From assembly GCF_009914755.1 (NCBI RefSeq), contig NC_060936.1: DNA of 64,000 nucleotides. One strand, 5' to 3'. This DNA comes from the human T2T-CHM13v2.0 reference genome, Homo sapiens. Of the stretch, positions 14,750-29,905 are shown in pieces. The translations under genes were made by a program, and so were the position numbers. The notes beneath the pieces are model-generated. The model was not told the origin of the DNA, searched no databases, and saw only the letters and a program-made list of their open reading frames with translations. Numbering within the stretch: position 1 is the stretch's first letter; the number at the start of each line of letters is the position of its first letter.

Positions 14750-14768
14750 GGTTGCCCTCTTGTGGCCA
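14750..14768 (-). promoter_or_regulatory. Candidate CTCF motif TGGCCACAAGAGGGCAACC
   Basis: Close match to the CCASYAGRKGGCRS core in non-repeat sequence; motif only. Confidence 0.45.
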
Positions 14769-15335
14769 TCTGTAAAGCTACTAACAACAAAATGAAAACA
14801 TTGTATGTCTTTTTTTCCATCTAGTAAATGCTTCGAGGGTTTGTTAACACATGGTATCTTAAAATTGACTTAATAATATGTCAGGACAAAATTGAAATGA
14901 AAAATCTTAAATATGAATTATAGACAAAATCTTGATTGCTGAAAATTCAGTATTGGCTACAATAAAATTATTCAATAAATACAATACCTAAGTATATGAG
15001 AGTTTGCTATGATTATTTATTAATTTTTAAACCATGGGCATTCATTGATTCATGAAGTTGATATAAGGCTTTCATTTCCTAAAATAAAGTTCCAATGTTA
15101 TACTTCATATAATTTCAGGAGAAAGGATATTTTAAGATATCATAAGATGATTTAAAAAATTCTTTTTTTGAACTGACATATTTAATCAACCGAGCACCTC
15201 TATCATCAAAGATGGATTAAGTAACAACATGAATACAATCAGGCATTTAAGGTATTAAGCATCAATTGATCCCAAGCTACCTATTTAAGCTTTCCTTATT
15301 TGTAAAAGAAGTTTGAGCCACATGATCTCGACTAA

Positions 15336-15662
<327 letters not shown>

Positions 15663-16801
15663 TAACATCTACTTTCTATGTGTCCTACTTCTAGTTAGCA
15701 AGAACTGATTAGCAATCAATAGCTCCTTTCTCTTTTTTCTTTTTTCACTTCCTCCAACTGATTTCTAGAATGCAAGTCAAAATATCTATTGAGTCCTCTT
15801 TGTTTGAAGCTGCTGTTTCCTGGTCACATTTGCAGGTTTCAGAAGCCATTCTTTTTAGAGCAAAGGGATCCAATTGCACATAAGGCCTATAGCCTCCTGT
15901 TGTTTTCAGTGCTCAAATACTCAGGAGTGGCCCAGAGCCAATACAATGGAGGAAAAGGACCACAGGCAGAGAGATGCTGAGCACACTGCCCTGGGTAATC
16001 TAAATTAGTTGACCTTTCTACCTCTTCCAGAAGGGATATGTGCCAAAAGATAAGGTAAAACCAGCTCAGTATGCACCATCACAATGAGAAATGAACATAA
16101 ATGAGATCATACGAGCTTTGAAAATGTTTATGTAACAAGGATTCAGGTTATTTATATATAATATGAATTTTTTAATTGTATAATATAATCAATTACTATA
16201 AAAAATTTAGATTCCATTGAATGAGCTTCAATATTATATTCTAACTAGGTAGAAATTTAAAATGTAGGAATCATTTAAAATACATTTTTGGTACGAAAAG
16301 CCTTTAAGATTAAAAATAACTGATTAATGACCACTACATTTTTTCAGTAAATCAATAATTAGTCTTTTTAACAGTTAGAAACTCTCTTTTAATTTTTTGG
16401 GGTTGGGGGAGGGCTGGATCTTTCATCTTCAAACATCACCTCTCTCATCCATTCATTACCATCTATACTCAATGCCCTCTCTTCCACAGATTCAGGTTTG
16501 TGATTAATCAGTAAGGAACTTATGGAAGGAGTGCTTAATAGGTCACAGAGCTACCCAAAACCTGAGAAACCTGGCTTGGAAAATAGAAACAAGGATGAAA
16601 CGCTTAGGAGTAACCTGGATCACACTAAACATTAACCTTTCATTCCAGCACCCATCAAGTGAGGACACTTGTCACAGAACACTAAATGTCACTGATTTTC
16701 CAACTTCCACTGCACCCTACATGGTCCCACTAGGCCCTAGGTCACTGTTGCCTTTAAGAAATGAACACTGCTGTTGTTGGTGAGCCACTACACAGGATTT
16801 C

Positions 16802-17275
16802 TGTGATGGGCAGAATTACGGCTTCTCAAAGAGGTCCACATCCTAATCCCTGAAGCCTGTATGTGTTACTTTATATGGCCAAAAAAGTTTACAGATGTGA
16901 TTAAGTTAATGATCTTGAGATTGAAAGATTATCTGGGATTATTCAGTGGTCCCAATGCAATCACAAAGTTTCTTATAAGAGAGAGGCAGGAGTTCAAGGG
17001 TGAGAGAGTGATTTGAAGATGCTTATCCTGCTGGTTTGTGGCTGAAGGGACCATAAACCAAGGAATGCAGGGAGACTCTTGCAGTTGGAAAAGGCAAACA
17101 AGTAGATTCTTCCTTAGAGTCTCCAGTGGAACACAGCCTGGCTAACGCTATGATTTTAGCCCAGTAAGACCAATTTCAAGTTTCTGACCTCCAGATAAAT
17201 AAGATAATAAAGTTATGTAGTTTTAAACTATAAAATTATAGTAATTTGTTGTAGGTGCAAGAGGAAACATGTACA
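16802..17275 (+). mobile_element. MLT1D-like ERVL-MaLR solo LTR, apparently nested in an older MLT-like relic (about 16480-17510)
   Basis: tgtgatgggcagaat...gtccacatcctaatccc...gatgtgattaagtta...aaggaatgcag...ttctgacctccaga...gtaatttgtt...taca; TG...CA ends. Confidence 0.8.
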
Positions 17276-17864
17276 ATTGCCCAATGCAGATGCTTCTTTG
17301 ATCATCAGCTTTCAACTCCAGTCCTTATTGGGTGCATCAGACTTGCCAGGCCCAAAAGATGCAGCTACTCCCTAACTACAAGAAAGGCTGGAAAAAGCCA
17401 GTATTTTTGTAGCTTCTATAGAACATACAGGTTACACTTCCCCTAAGAAGTATATGATGAAGAATTCCCTGAGGATACGGAAGGTATTGAGAAGCCCCTC
17501 AAAAGGACAAATATCTCCTATTATCACACTTTCTTATTATCATTATTCTTTGGACTCTGATATAATCAGCTTTTGGAAGCCTAATAGTCTTGTCCTGATG
17601 ACTCTGATAAACTATTTCCATTCCTTCCCAGATTAATACCTTCAACAGCTCAAAGCAAGACCAAAAAACTTCAGAAACTAAGACTTTTGATTTAGCTCTC
17701 AGAGATAAAGGCTAATTTCTACGGTAGCTCAACCTAGATCTATTTCAAACATAATATAAAAAGAAAAATAAATTTTTTCTATATAATTGCGTAATGCTTT
17801 CTTTAAAAAGAATTGTGCTTCCAGGCCCTGTAACATTTTTATGTAAAGATGTCTATGGAAAGGC

Positions 17865-18176
17865 TATATATATATATATATATATTTTTTTTTTCCAGAC
17901 AGAGTCTAGCTCTGTTGGCCAGGCTGGAGGGCAGTGGCACAATCTCAGCTCACTACAACCTCTGCCTCCCAGTCTCACCATCCTCCTCCCACAGCCTCCC
18001 AAGTAGCTGGGACTACAGGCGCTCGCTACCATGCCAGGCTCATTTTTGTATTTTTTTGTAGAGATAGAGTTTTGCCATGTTGCCCAGGCTGATCTCAAAC
18101 TCCTGGGCTCAAGCGAGCCACCTGCCTCAGTTTCCCAAAGTGCTGGAATTACACGCATGAGCCATAGTGCTTGGCT
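17865..18176 (-). mobile_element. AluJ with (TA)n/T tail, degenerate TSD ggaaaggctat / ggaaagtctat
   Basis: J-type ttgcccaggctg...aactcctgggctcaagcg. Confidence 0.88.
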
Positions 18177-18729
18177 GGAAAGTCTATCAAATTTTTTAAC
18201 CTGATTCTTATTATTAGATATTGATTTTAATGCTACTAGCAATGTTATCCTAACAGAACATTTCCAGTTATTACAGTGAATATAAAATTTGGATTATGGA
18301 ATTGAATTTGTTGGTGTTGTCTGATGAAAAAAAATACTGCTCAAGAGTCAGGATCTAAATTCTGGAACATTGAATGAATGAATGGCCTTGTGAAAATTAA
18401 TTTTTTTGAGCCCAGTTCTTCTTAATCCTCTGTCTTACCTAACCCCAAGGTCCGATGATATACTAAAAGGAAGGGAAAACAATTTAAAAGGTTGTATAAA
18501 ATTATAAATTCTTATATAGAAATACAGAGAAAAAAGGAAAGTTCAAAGTATACGTTTTTCATTCTATTAAAACATTTCTTCTGTTGATACATGGGGATCT
18601 AACTCAAGAATTCTAGAACCTTGAAATTGGAAGATACCATTTCAACTAAGTTGCAACATAATTTCCACAGTGTCTACTATTCAGTGTTCATGCTTCTGTA
18701 AGCGAGTTCATCATTTGCAAATATATCCA

Positions 18730-18925
18730 AGAGCAAGACTGGCTCTGACCTATTGGACTTACAGTCGCCAAACACCTCGCCTCAAGTATAAAGTGATAGT
18801 AATCATCATATTTTCCTCATGGGTTAGTAATGTGTGATGTAGTGGCATGACATAATGCCTTTAGTGACTTGGCATGGCATCTGGCACACAATAACTATTT
18901 AGTACATCTTAGCTATTAATATCAA
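18730..18925 (+). mobile_element. MIR fragment
   Basis: cctcatgggtt ... tggcacacaataac ... tagctatta. Confidence 0.5.
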
Positions 18926-20299
18926 TAATAAGGACAAATTAAATATGTATTAAGTGTATAGCATTTGTATCAGTTCTTGGGGAAATATACTATGTTCACT
19001 TATTCCATATATTTTACTTTTATAAACCATTAACATATACAAAGGGCAGGTATTTTTAAATATACTTCTTATCAAAATACAACTTTAGAAAATATTCATT
19101 AACAGAAAATGCAGAAGTGAGAACTTGGTTTGTGTTTTATAATTTTAAGTATTTTGTAGACCATGAAATACTCTCAATATAAAAGGAAGGTAAAGAAATC
19201 AACAGTGTCATAAACTACAGTTGTATTTTTTTTATTATAGTAATCACAGACATCACCCCAAATCATTCTGTAAATATTTGGCAATGCTAGTTTTGTTACT
19301 CCATCAGATGAAATTATTCAATTTCCCTTAAAAATCATCCTTACATAATTTGAAAAACATATAATGAATACCACTATATATATATGTAAATATATATATG
19401 TTGTAGATATTGAGAGACACAAAATATCATCTCTTATCTAGAAATTTTCAAGTGTACATTGCATTAAAATTCTTAAAATGCAAAAGTAGTTTGCAAAGAG
19501 ATCAAGTCCATATATACATGTAATAGTTTGAATGAAGGAAAAACTCTATATTGAGCTGAAATTCTTTGCTCCTTCATTCTTGCCCTCTTTGCCTTTCCAA
19601 TTCTCTTGCTGTATCATTACCTTTCTTTAACTCCTGGTAGGAATTACACAATATGTTTAATTTCTCACCTCTGTCAGGAATAAGAAAGGAAATATGCAAG
19701 CTACAAATGCAGTAGCTGTTTTAGTGTCTGAGCCAAAAAAGCAAATCAGGATGTGTATAAGGGGTCCCGTTTTAACTGGCAAAAGCAATCTGTGTCCTGA
19801 GGGGATTTACAAGGCCATGGATACTCTGAGCTGCTGTACTCTTCTGTTCCCAGCCCTGTGGACCCTGGCATTCTGATAGGGCTCTAGTGTAGTTCTCCAT
19901 ATACTGATTTTCAGTGGCATTGGAGCCCATACTGCAATCTCAGCTTAGTTTCTGCCTGACTAGGAAAAGTAATGATTACTGTCGTTGAATCACTCTGCGT
20001 TATATCCACTTGGATTATCACATTGAATATTCATGCCCACCCTTTTGATGTAGTAAAAACTTGATCATAATCACGTCTAGTAAATGATGAATGTGGCATT
20101 TGTGCTCAGGCTTCTGTCTGACTTCAAAATCTGTGAGTGTGGCTATTTTTATTACAATGTCCTTCCACCTTAATGGAGCTATAGGAAAAGGAAATATTTT
20201 ACAATCTCATACACTTTGAATACATCTGGGATTTCTCTTTCTTATCCAAAAGATACAAGAGTAGCCTGCAGAGAGGCTTAGGGATGACTAGACAGAAAG

Positions 20300-20700
20300 A
20301 GTATTGAAATATTTAATGAACCACATGCTGGAGTCATGTGCTAGGTACAGGGTTGGGTACTGGAGATTTGGTGATAAATTTTTCATTGTCCCCACCATTT
20401 AGTTGCTGGCAATGTTCTTGAGAGGCAGACATGCAGACAATGTGATACAACATATTCTGAAGTTCACCTGGGGACCCAGGCAAGACAACTGCACTATAAT
20501 CATGGCTAGGTTAGGCAGGACAGCAAAAAAAAAATACCCAAAGAGGCAACTTCTAAATTGGTCCTTTAAAGTTAAAGAGGAGCTTGCCAGGCAGAGAAAG
20601 GAAAGTTAGATATAGGAATAGAACATTTCAGGCAGGAGAAATTTTATGAGCAAAGGAAACAAACTAAGGATCGCATTTATATAGTGAAAATTGGATAATT
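20300..20700 (-). mobile_element. L2 fragment
   Basis: atatttaatgaaccacatgctg...gtgctaggtac; gaacatttcaggcaggagaa...gagcaaagg. Confidence 0.5.
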
Positions 20701-22469
20701 AAGTAGATAATGAGATTAAATGGAGAATATTAGACAAGATAGGAGAGTATAAAATTAGCCATAATTCCTTATTAGGATGGTATTTAAGGTAATTTTGTTT
20801 TTGTTTTGTGTTTGGAGCAGGGGGGAGAGGAAGGTGGGTAATAGAGAGGTTGCTTATGTTTATATTAGGAGCTCAAGAAAATATGTGCCAAAACTGAGAA
20901 GACCAGGTACTTAAAACTCTGTCAGACAATGCTTTGGCAATGCTTGGAGGTGAACAGCTATTCAAAAGCACTCTCTTGTGTTAAACTGGTGTTAACTTTG
21001 TAATGGCTTAAAATATAAGTTAAAATGTTACATTAATTTTTTCCAGTAATGCATTTTTTGTTTGCCTCACCCAATATAGATCCAAATAAGAGAACTTCTT
21101 GCATTTCCAGAAATGTCTGTAACATTGCAATAGCAGGTTTTGTTCTCATGGGCTGCTCTGTATAATTGGTTAGTTTGAAGGTTGGCATCTTTTTGTAGCT
21201 TGCAATATGAATTTTGGAGCTAAGGGTTTAAAAATGTGGATAAGGCAAGACGTCCCCTCCATTCTTTCTCGAAATGTTCCTGCTTCAAGTGACTAATCCT
21301 ATTTTTGTAATGAAACGAGAATGATTTCTGTAAGTTTATTTTGTGGAATGAAAAAAAATGTTTGAGCTGTTTCATTTTGTATTCTTTAAAGCACAGAGCA
21401 CGTTTCTGGCCTTTGGTTGAACTGATGAAGCATCCCAATCCAGCTGTAACTTTGCTATACTGCAGAGTTGGAAAATCTGTCAATATCTTCCTGCAAGTGA
21501 GCTGTTTTCATGTCTTAAACATTAATTTTGTGTGGTTAAAATCAGTTCATCACACCAGAGGCTTCTGTATTGACCTCTTGTGAAAAGTGGAATAATTTTT
21601 CTTGAAGGAACAATGCTGCATATTATAATACAAGTTTCAGAGGCATTATTTGAATTATCATAATTAGTTTTGAGAACCACATGAGGCACTGTGATCATTT
21701 TTGCTTCAACCATTAAACATAATTCTGAAAATTCCAGAGGTAAAGAGAAGTCTATATTATTTACCCACATTTTCACCCTTGCTTGTTTTTTTCTTCTTTT
21801 CTGGTGTTCCAAATTTCCTTCTTTTGTTATTTCCCAATAGTATGGGTAATGTGTCCTTTAAAATTTTCCCTAAATATTGTCTTTATCAAAGAACACTACA
21901 TAATAGCTCTAACTTCCAACATATCTTCATTGTCATTAATAGGTACTAGGAGACATTATTTTAAAACATCTTGCTTGCTTCTCAGTATGTGATACAAAAT
22001 TAGGATTTTATTGCTGCATGATTGGCTCAGATTTTCTGATGTGAGACAATGGGAGCAACGATGAAAGTGTTTGCATTTTATTCTAATAAATTTCAAATGG
22101 AAAATCTATTGAAATGTCCCCTTTCCTTCTAGAATCTCTACTGCTTATCTGTCAAATATAAATCAAGGTGGGCATACTTTAGAGTAAGAATCTCCTGAAC
22201 CTTGGTGACTTTCTTTATAACTCTCTTTGCATTTTAGGCAGTATAATTATTAAATTTGTTGCTTTGACTTCAAAAATAAATAAGAGCTGTCACTCATCAA
22301 TACACACATTATTCTATTAAAGGAATATATACACACACTCACTGTTTCACTTACTATAATTGTATAAAAATATGTGACAGAAAATAATAATTTTATTAGG
22401 TTTATGGATTCTTTGGGTCAAGAATTTTGAAAGATCACAGTAGTGATGGCTTACCCTTGTGCAAGAATG

Positions 22470-22890
22470 TCTGTAGCCTCAACCAGGAAATCATGAAATG
22501 ACCTCACACCTGGGGTCTACAGCCTCAACCAGGAAGACATGAAATGACCTCAGACCTGGCAGCTGAAATCACCTGGAGGTGTCTTTATTCAGATGTGTGG
22601 TGGCTGGTGCTGGCTTTCATTGGGGACTCCAGCCCTGCTGTTAGCTGGAACAGCACCACACCTGACATGTCCATGCGGCCTCTTTGTATGTATTAGTTTG
22701 AGCTCCCTCACAGAAAAAAAAGCCAAGTGGAAGCTAGATTGCCTATAACCTAGCCTTGGAAGTCTCCTAACATAATTTCTGCCGAAGTCACAAACTCTCT
22801 CAGATCAAGTTGGAAGGAGTATCAAAGTCACACTTTAAGAAGAACATGTGGAATAAGAGATACTACTGTGGCCATTTTGGGAAAATGCAA

Positions 22891-22893
<3 letters not shown>
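22470..22893 (-). mobile_element. MLT1 (F/G/H-like) LTR with a 46-bp-period internal duplication (22475 / 22521)
   Basis: gaagaacatgtggaataagagatactactgtggccattttgggaaaatgcaatct is the reverse complement of an MLT1 5' end; agcctcaaccaggaa...atgaaatgacctca.acctgg occurs twice. Confidence 0.7.

Positions 22894-22926
<33 letters not shown>
22891..22926. repeat. (TC)n(CA)n compound microsatellite
   Basis: Read directly from the sequence. Confidence 0.9.
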
Positions 22927-23236
22927 GTGAAATGTTTGAATTTTAGAAACAAAGATATCTTGTATTAGTATTTATTTATGCAAAACATTTTACCATTAAT
23001 CTCTACACCTACTTAGATTTCTATGTTTTTTAATCTTTTTTTCTGTTTCTGCCAAAAGTAACACTCACTGTTAAATGTGAAAGAATATGGAAATATGTTA
23101 CAAAATAATCTTTTTCTCAGTCTTCAATAATAGCTTTTGATCCTATCTCATACCTCTGTTCTATCCCTCTAGACATTAATCTCTATTGGCGCCAGTTAAT
23201 AGTCCTCAAACGTAAATCTGATTGTATCAATCATAA

Positions 23237-23546
<310 letters not shown>

Positions 23547-23629
23547 AACTCTCTGATATTAAAAAAAAAAAAAGTAAAGGAAAAGAGACAGCTCACAAGA
23601 TTATTTTCCAAATCCTTAGAATGAAATTT

Positions 23630-23905
<276 letters not shown>

Positions 23906-24033
23906 TAGAATGAAATTTATTAAGACACTTCAAAATTGTCAAACTACCTTTGTTCCATTTTTCTTAAAATGGAATTTTCTCCCTCTAACCATTCATTGTT
24001 GTATAACTTACTTCCTAAGAACACATCTTATAA

Positions 24034-24376
<343 letters not shown>

Positions 24377-25623
24377 AACAATTTCCTTTTTTCTAGATTG
24401 GTCTTCCTTTTCCTAAACTGTATTTCCCTTTATCTACCTGTCAAATATTTGGATTCTTCCATACCTAACTCAAGGTATGGCCATCTCTACCCCTACCTCC
24501 CCTCACATGGAATCATTTCATACAAATAATCTTTCAGAACTTACAGCATTGTAGCATTTGCTTACCTGCCTGATTCCTCTGTTACACTATGAGCCTTCTA
24601 AGGGTAGGAATCAAGCACTAGATAATAACATTTGTTCATCCATTTATACTGAGTATTTATATGCCATGAAAGATGATTAGCCATGGCAACTGATGGCAAT
24701 TGGTTCCAGTCACCTCAAAGCTTGTAGGCTAATGTGGAAAAGAGACAACAGTAGACATATTTTTTCTTTGTCCTGCACATGTATCATGTGCCATATACCA
24801 TGGTCTACTCTTCCACAAAAAAGCACAGTTTCAAATTATCTGGTTTTATTGAAAACAAAGAAAAAGGACATACATATCTTTAAAAGGTATAGGTATAGAT
24901 TTTAAACGAGATATAATAATAAAATACTTACTCCCTTTCCACGAGCTATACGCTATCTTTTGCTCAGTCACAGAAGAAGAAAACTTGTATTCTTTTTCCC
25001 CATTACCCGACTATTTTTCCTAGTTATTGCTTCAAATGTCCTCTGCTTTGAAATTTATACATCACTATTTATTCCTCATTATTCTTCCTTCTTCTTGTCA
25101 TCTCATCCTTTTCCCATTCCTCCCTAGTCACTTATGTCATTTAATATTGACTTTAACTCTTGAATAACTTCCTTATTTCAGCATCAATTCTTATCACCAC
25201 CCTGTATGACTTGAAAATCTACTCAAGATCATCTGACTGCATGGCAGAACTATTTACTAAAATATAGAATGTAGGAGAAAAATAAGGGTAGTAATGAATT
25301 TGTACTTCAAGGTCTTATGTGCCATCCAAGTAAAGTGGATCTAGAGCTCAGAAAAAAACCTAAGGAATAAATAATATAAATATTTATAGATAAAGAGATA
25401 AGTTTATCTTCCTAGGAATTGATAATTATTATAGCTACAAAGAGAGCCATAAGTTAGATGATTTTTATGAAGAGAGAAAAGTAAAGAGTTGAGGATGAAT
25501 CTTAAAGCAATGTTTCTTTGATCAATATAAGATGAATGCAAGATGATCGCTTTATAAATTTGGGATATGTACATAAGGATTTCTTAGGGTTCTGTACCTA
25601 GTATGGTAAAATAGAGACTGTAA

Positions 25624-25963
<340 letters not shown>

Positions 25964-27944
25964 TGTTTTGTCATAAATTTTCTTTCCCACTTTAATATAC
26001 TTCAGAAATGTCTTTCCATATTTCTTCTCTAGTGTCCTGTCACTTTTCTTTTCCTTCCTTTGAAGGAAGTACTTGTTATTAAGGGAATTGTCCAAAGTCT
26101 TTAGTTTGTCAAATATGAAAGCCAGTAATCTTGTTCATCACTCAGTATCTCTCTCATGAAGAAACAAAATAAAACTGGAAAAGCAATAACAACTACCAGA
26201 TGAGTAGTGTAGGAGTATGCTTAACTAGCATCAATTTCCCCCTGCTTTTTTTTCTTTTAAAACATGTTGCTCTAGATCAAATTTCCAAATACCATCTGCA
26301 AGAAAAACAATATTTAGCACATCTCTGACAAAAGAAAATAGAAACTACAATAGAACATTCACTCCCAAGCCTAGAAATATCCCCAACATATCAAAATACT
26401 ACCCACAGCCTAGAAAAATAAAACACAACCACCCACATTTCTTCCCACCTCCAGCATGACTCAAACACACACATTCTTTTTAACCACAATTACAATTACA
26501 AAGAACATCTACTCGGTAAAAAAAAAATATATATATATAGTATTCCTAAAGTCAGCAATAAAATATAATGTATTATGCAGTTACAACAGGTGAAATGTTT
26601 TTAGATTTAAATAAAGAAAGCTGAGATATATGTGTTTTTCATAAAAGTTATAAATGTTTTCTTAATTGATAAACAATATCATCTTTCACATAATATATGC
26701 TAAATCAATGTCTTTTGAATAGGACTGAAAATAACGATATAATATTTCACTGTAGAATTTGCATTGATATCGCAATACTAAATTATATACGTGAGGACAA
26801 GGTTGTTGATAATCTAGACAACCTCTGCCCTATGGTGAGCCATACAGGAAAGAATCTCCATTTAAGAAGCAAAACACATCACCCTAATAAAATGAATATA
26901 AGTTTGCTTTTGAAGGCAGCAGAAGATGCCAAAATTTCTTATATAAATTGAAATTATTATTTATACCTGCTAGTGCTACGTGTATACTCACTTATGAGGA
27001 AGGAGTGTTAGTTTTTGAAATATTTGAAGTTTCGGAAAACTTAGCTGTATTTAATGACCCTCAAATATGAGTATGATTATACATAAACATGTGTGTATAT
27101 GTATCTAAATTTAATGTCTGTGTAACATTTGAAGGACTATCATAAAATTTTGGAGTGATTTATATTATGAATCCTGCATCTTATTGTTATTCAGTGAAAA
27201 TACTCCCTGAAGAGTTCTTTACCTATACGATACATTGCAATGTGATAATCAAACACAGAAAGCAGGAGATACAAAAGAAGTCTGTAGAGGAATAAGATTC
27301 TAACAGTTGGTGATGATAGGAGTGACTAGAAACAGGATGAGCCAAAACTCAGAACGACAAACAACAACAAAATATCGTCTTATCCTACGTATCTAATCAC
27401 ACTTGCCAAATAATCATAATTTAATTTTCAAAATTCCTCAATATTTAGTTTTGGCTGCTTGCTCTTTTCCTTGCACAGACTTTTGCTCCATATTTTCTTT
27501 ATTCACAACTTTTCAACTATCTTCTTGATATGGGGATCTTTATCTATGACTTCTATCTAAAACTCCAGTTTAAATTTTCTAGTGCCCCATCATCCATTTC
27601 CATTGACAGTACAATTAAACTTTGTCGAAAACAGAATTAATTTCAAGCGAGTTTTTCCTTCTGAGATGTGCTTTTGTTATAACCAGGATACTATTCACAA
27701 TACTACCAAGAAAATATAAATCCTAAAAATAATAAACTCATGCCATTTTGAGCCCCTAGAACATTAAGTACATAGTTATTTATTTTGCTTGCATTATTTC
27801 ATAATGCTCCTAATCACCCAATGAGCTAGCAACCATCATTTACAGTTTTTTTTTGCAAATGAAGAAACACATGAGACCTTAAAAAAAATTAAGTTGTTTG
27901 CATAAGCCTAGTTTTTAGGGAAGGGAATTGGTGATAAAATGAAA

Positions 27945-28145
27945 TCGATTCTTTATTGATACATAATTGCACATATTTATAGGATACATGTGGTATTTTT
28001 ATACATGTACATAATGTGTAATGCTCAAATCAGGGCAATTAAGGATATCCATAACCTCAAACGCTTTTCATTTCTTTGTGTTGGGAACATTTCAAATCTT
28101 CTCTTCCAGCTATTTTGAAATATATAACAGGTGTTAAATATAGTC
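27945..28145 (-). mobile_element. L1MA-type 3' end
   Basis: tgcacatatttataggatacatgtg ... tgggaacatttcaaatcttctcttccagctattttgaaatatataa. Confidence 0.8.
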
Positions 28146-28344
28146 TGGAATGGGTTTTAATCAAGGTCAACTTCACCGCAAGTATTTAACCACATAAATT
28201 TTATTATTTCTCATTAACTAAGTCACCTAGTTAAAATAATTTAACTAGGCTTTTCTCCCTTTGTCACTTATTTCATAGATTCCAAATCTCATTGATTATT
28301 ATCTCACCATATGTAGCATTTCCACTTCCATGGCCACAATTCAG

Positions 28345-28850
28345 ATTACAGCAAATTACAAAAGTGACCACAGTTCTTTACTGATCTGCCCATTGCCAAG
28401 GTACGCACACCTTGAATCTAACCTGTCCGGTGATTGACTGTGGCCCAAAGAATGCCCCAGAAGTGAGGCTGTATGAGTTCTGAATCTGTGTCTCAATAGA
28501 TTTTCATGCCACTGCTCTCAGTCTGGAGCCACGGGCCACTGCTGCCTATTGAAGACACCTGGTCCAGCCTGTTGGGGGATGAAGGACCCCACAATATGAT
28601 GAGTCGTCTCAGCTGAACCATTTTAGAACAGCCAGGTTCCTTGATCTGACAACTGACCACAGTCATATAAACAAGCCCAGCCAAGTTCACCTGAGCCTTG
28701 CCCACATCAGCAGAACTGCCCTGTAGAGCCAACCTCAAATTCCCACCCCATAGAATCATAGGTGAAATGAATATTTACTATTTTAAAACACTAAGTGTCT
28801 AAGGAGAACTAAGTGTCAGGGTGTCTTATTATGCATCAAAGTGTAGCTTA
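28345..28850 (+). mobile_element. MLT1 (H/I-like) LTR
   Basis: ccttgaatct...ggcccaaagaatg...cagaagtga; agcccagccaag; cagcagaactgccc; agaatcat...ttttaaaacactaagt. Confidence 0.7.
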
Positions 28851-29610
28851 TCCATTCAGGAAAACTCTGCTCTAGTCAAACTGAACTTCTTACTATTCTC
28901 CCACTTTTGTACTTGCATACTATATTTTAACACTTTCATATTCTTGCATTCATGTGTTACTGATTAAATTCATTGAATATTTTATCCTATCATATGACAC
29001 AATTCTAGTTATCCAAGGCTTGCAGTATCAAATAATGGAGATGATTTCAATGATTTATATCATTGTTATATATATGTAGATATATACATGTATAGATAGG
29101 TGATAGATAAATGTATTGATATTTCAACTATATGATTTCAATTATATATATTTTATCTCAAAGACTCTGTTATAATAAGACTTATACACATATATACACA
29201 CAAAAGCTTACATATCTGAAAGTTAAAGAGGTAAAACAAAAAAGTAGGAAAAATAGCAGATTAGCTCCAGTTATAGAACAACTTCTATGCAGAGTTATGT
29301 AAGATTTTATGCAGTTATTTTATCTCTCTGGCCTTAGCTTTTACATCTGTCAGAAAACTTATCACCCTCCTATGTTCCTATTTGTAACAAAAGAATTTTC
29401 TTGGAATGTTAATAATAATGTTAATAAAAACTGAAAATATATGCAGTTCCTTCCATGTTGCAACTATTGTACTAAAGAATGCTGTGTAATGTCCTTAGTA
29501 CAGTGTTACAATAAGGGACAATGGATATAAAACAAGCATTGCCCCTTATTATAAAAGTATAATAATATATGTAATATATATATACACACACATAATAGAT
29601 ACTATATATC

Positions 29611-29905
29611 TATTATATACATACATGTATGTATATATTATATACATACATGTATGTATATATTATATACATACATGTATGTATATATTATATACATACA
29701 CGTGTATGTATATATTATATACATACATGTACGTGTATGTATATATTATATACATACATGTACGTGTATGTATATATTATATACATACATGTACGTGTAT
29801 GTATATATTATATACATACATGTATGTATTATATACATACATGTATATGTATGTATATATTATATACATATATGTATATGTATGTATATATTACATACAT
29901 ATATA
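29611..29905. repeat. Palindromic AT-rich minisatellite (about 10 units of 21-31 bp)
   Basis: TATTATATACATACATGTATGTATA x3, then 27-nt (CACGTG-centred) and 31-nt (CATGTACGTG) variants. Confidence 0.95.

Noticed and set aside
19663-19692. Minus-strand tttcctttcttattcctgacagag|gtgaga as a recursive splice site
   Set aside because: The AG abutting the GT is GAG and is preceded 2 nt upstream by a better CAG, so the geometry does not give a clean zero-length exon.
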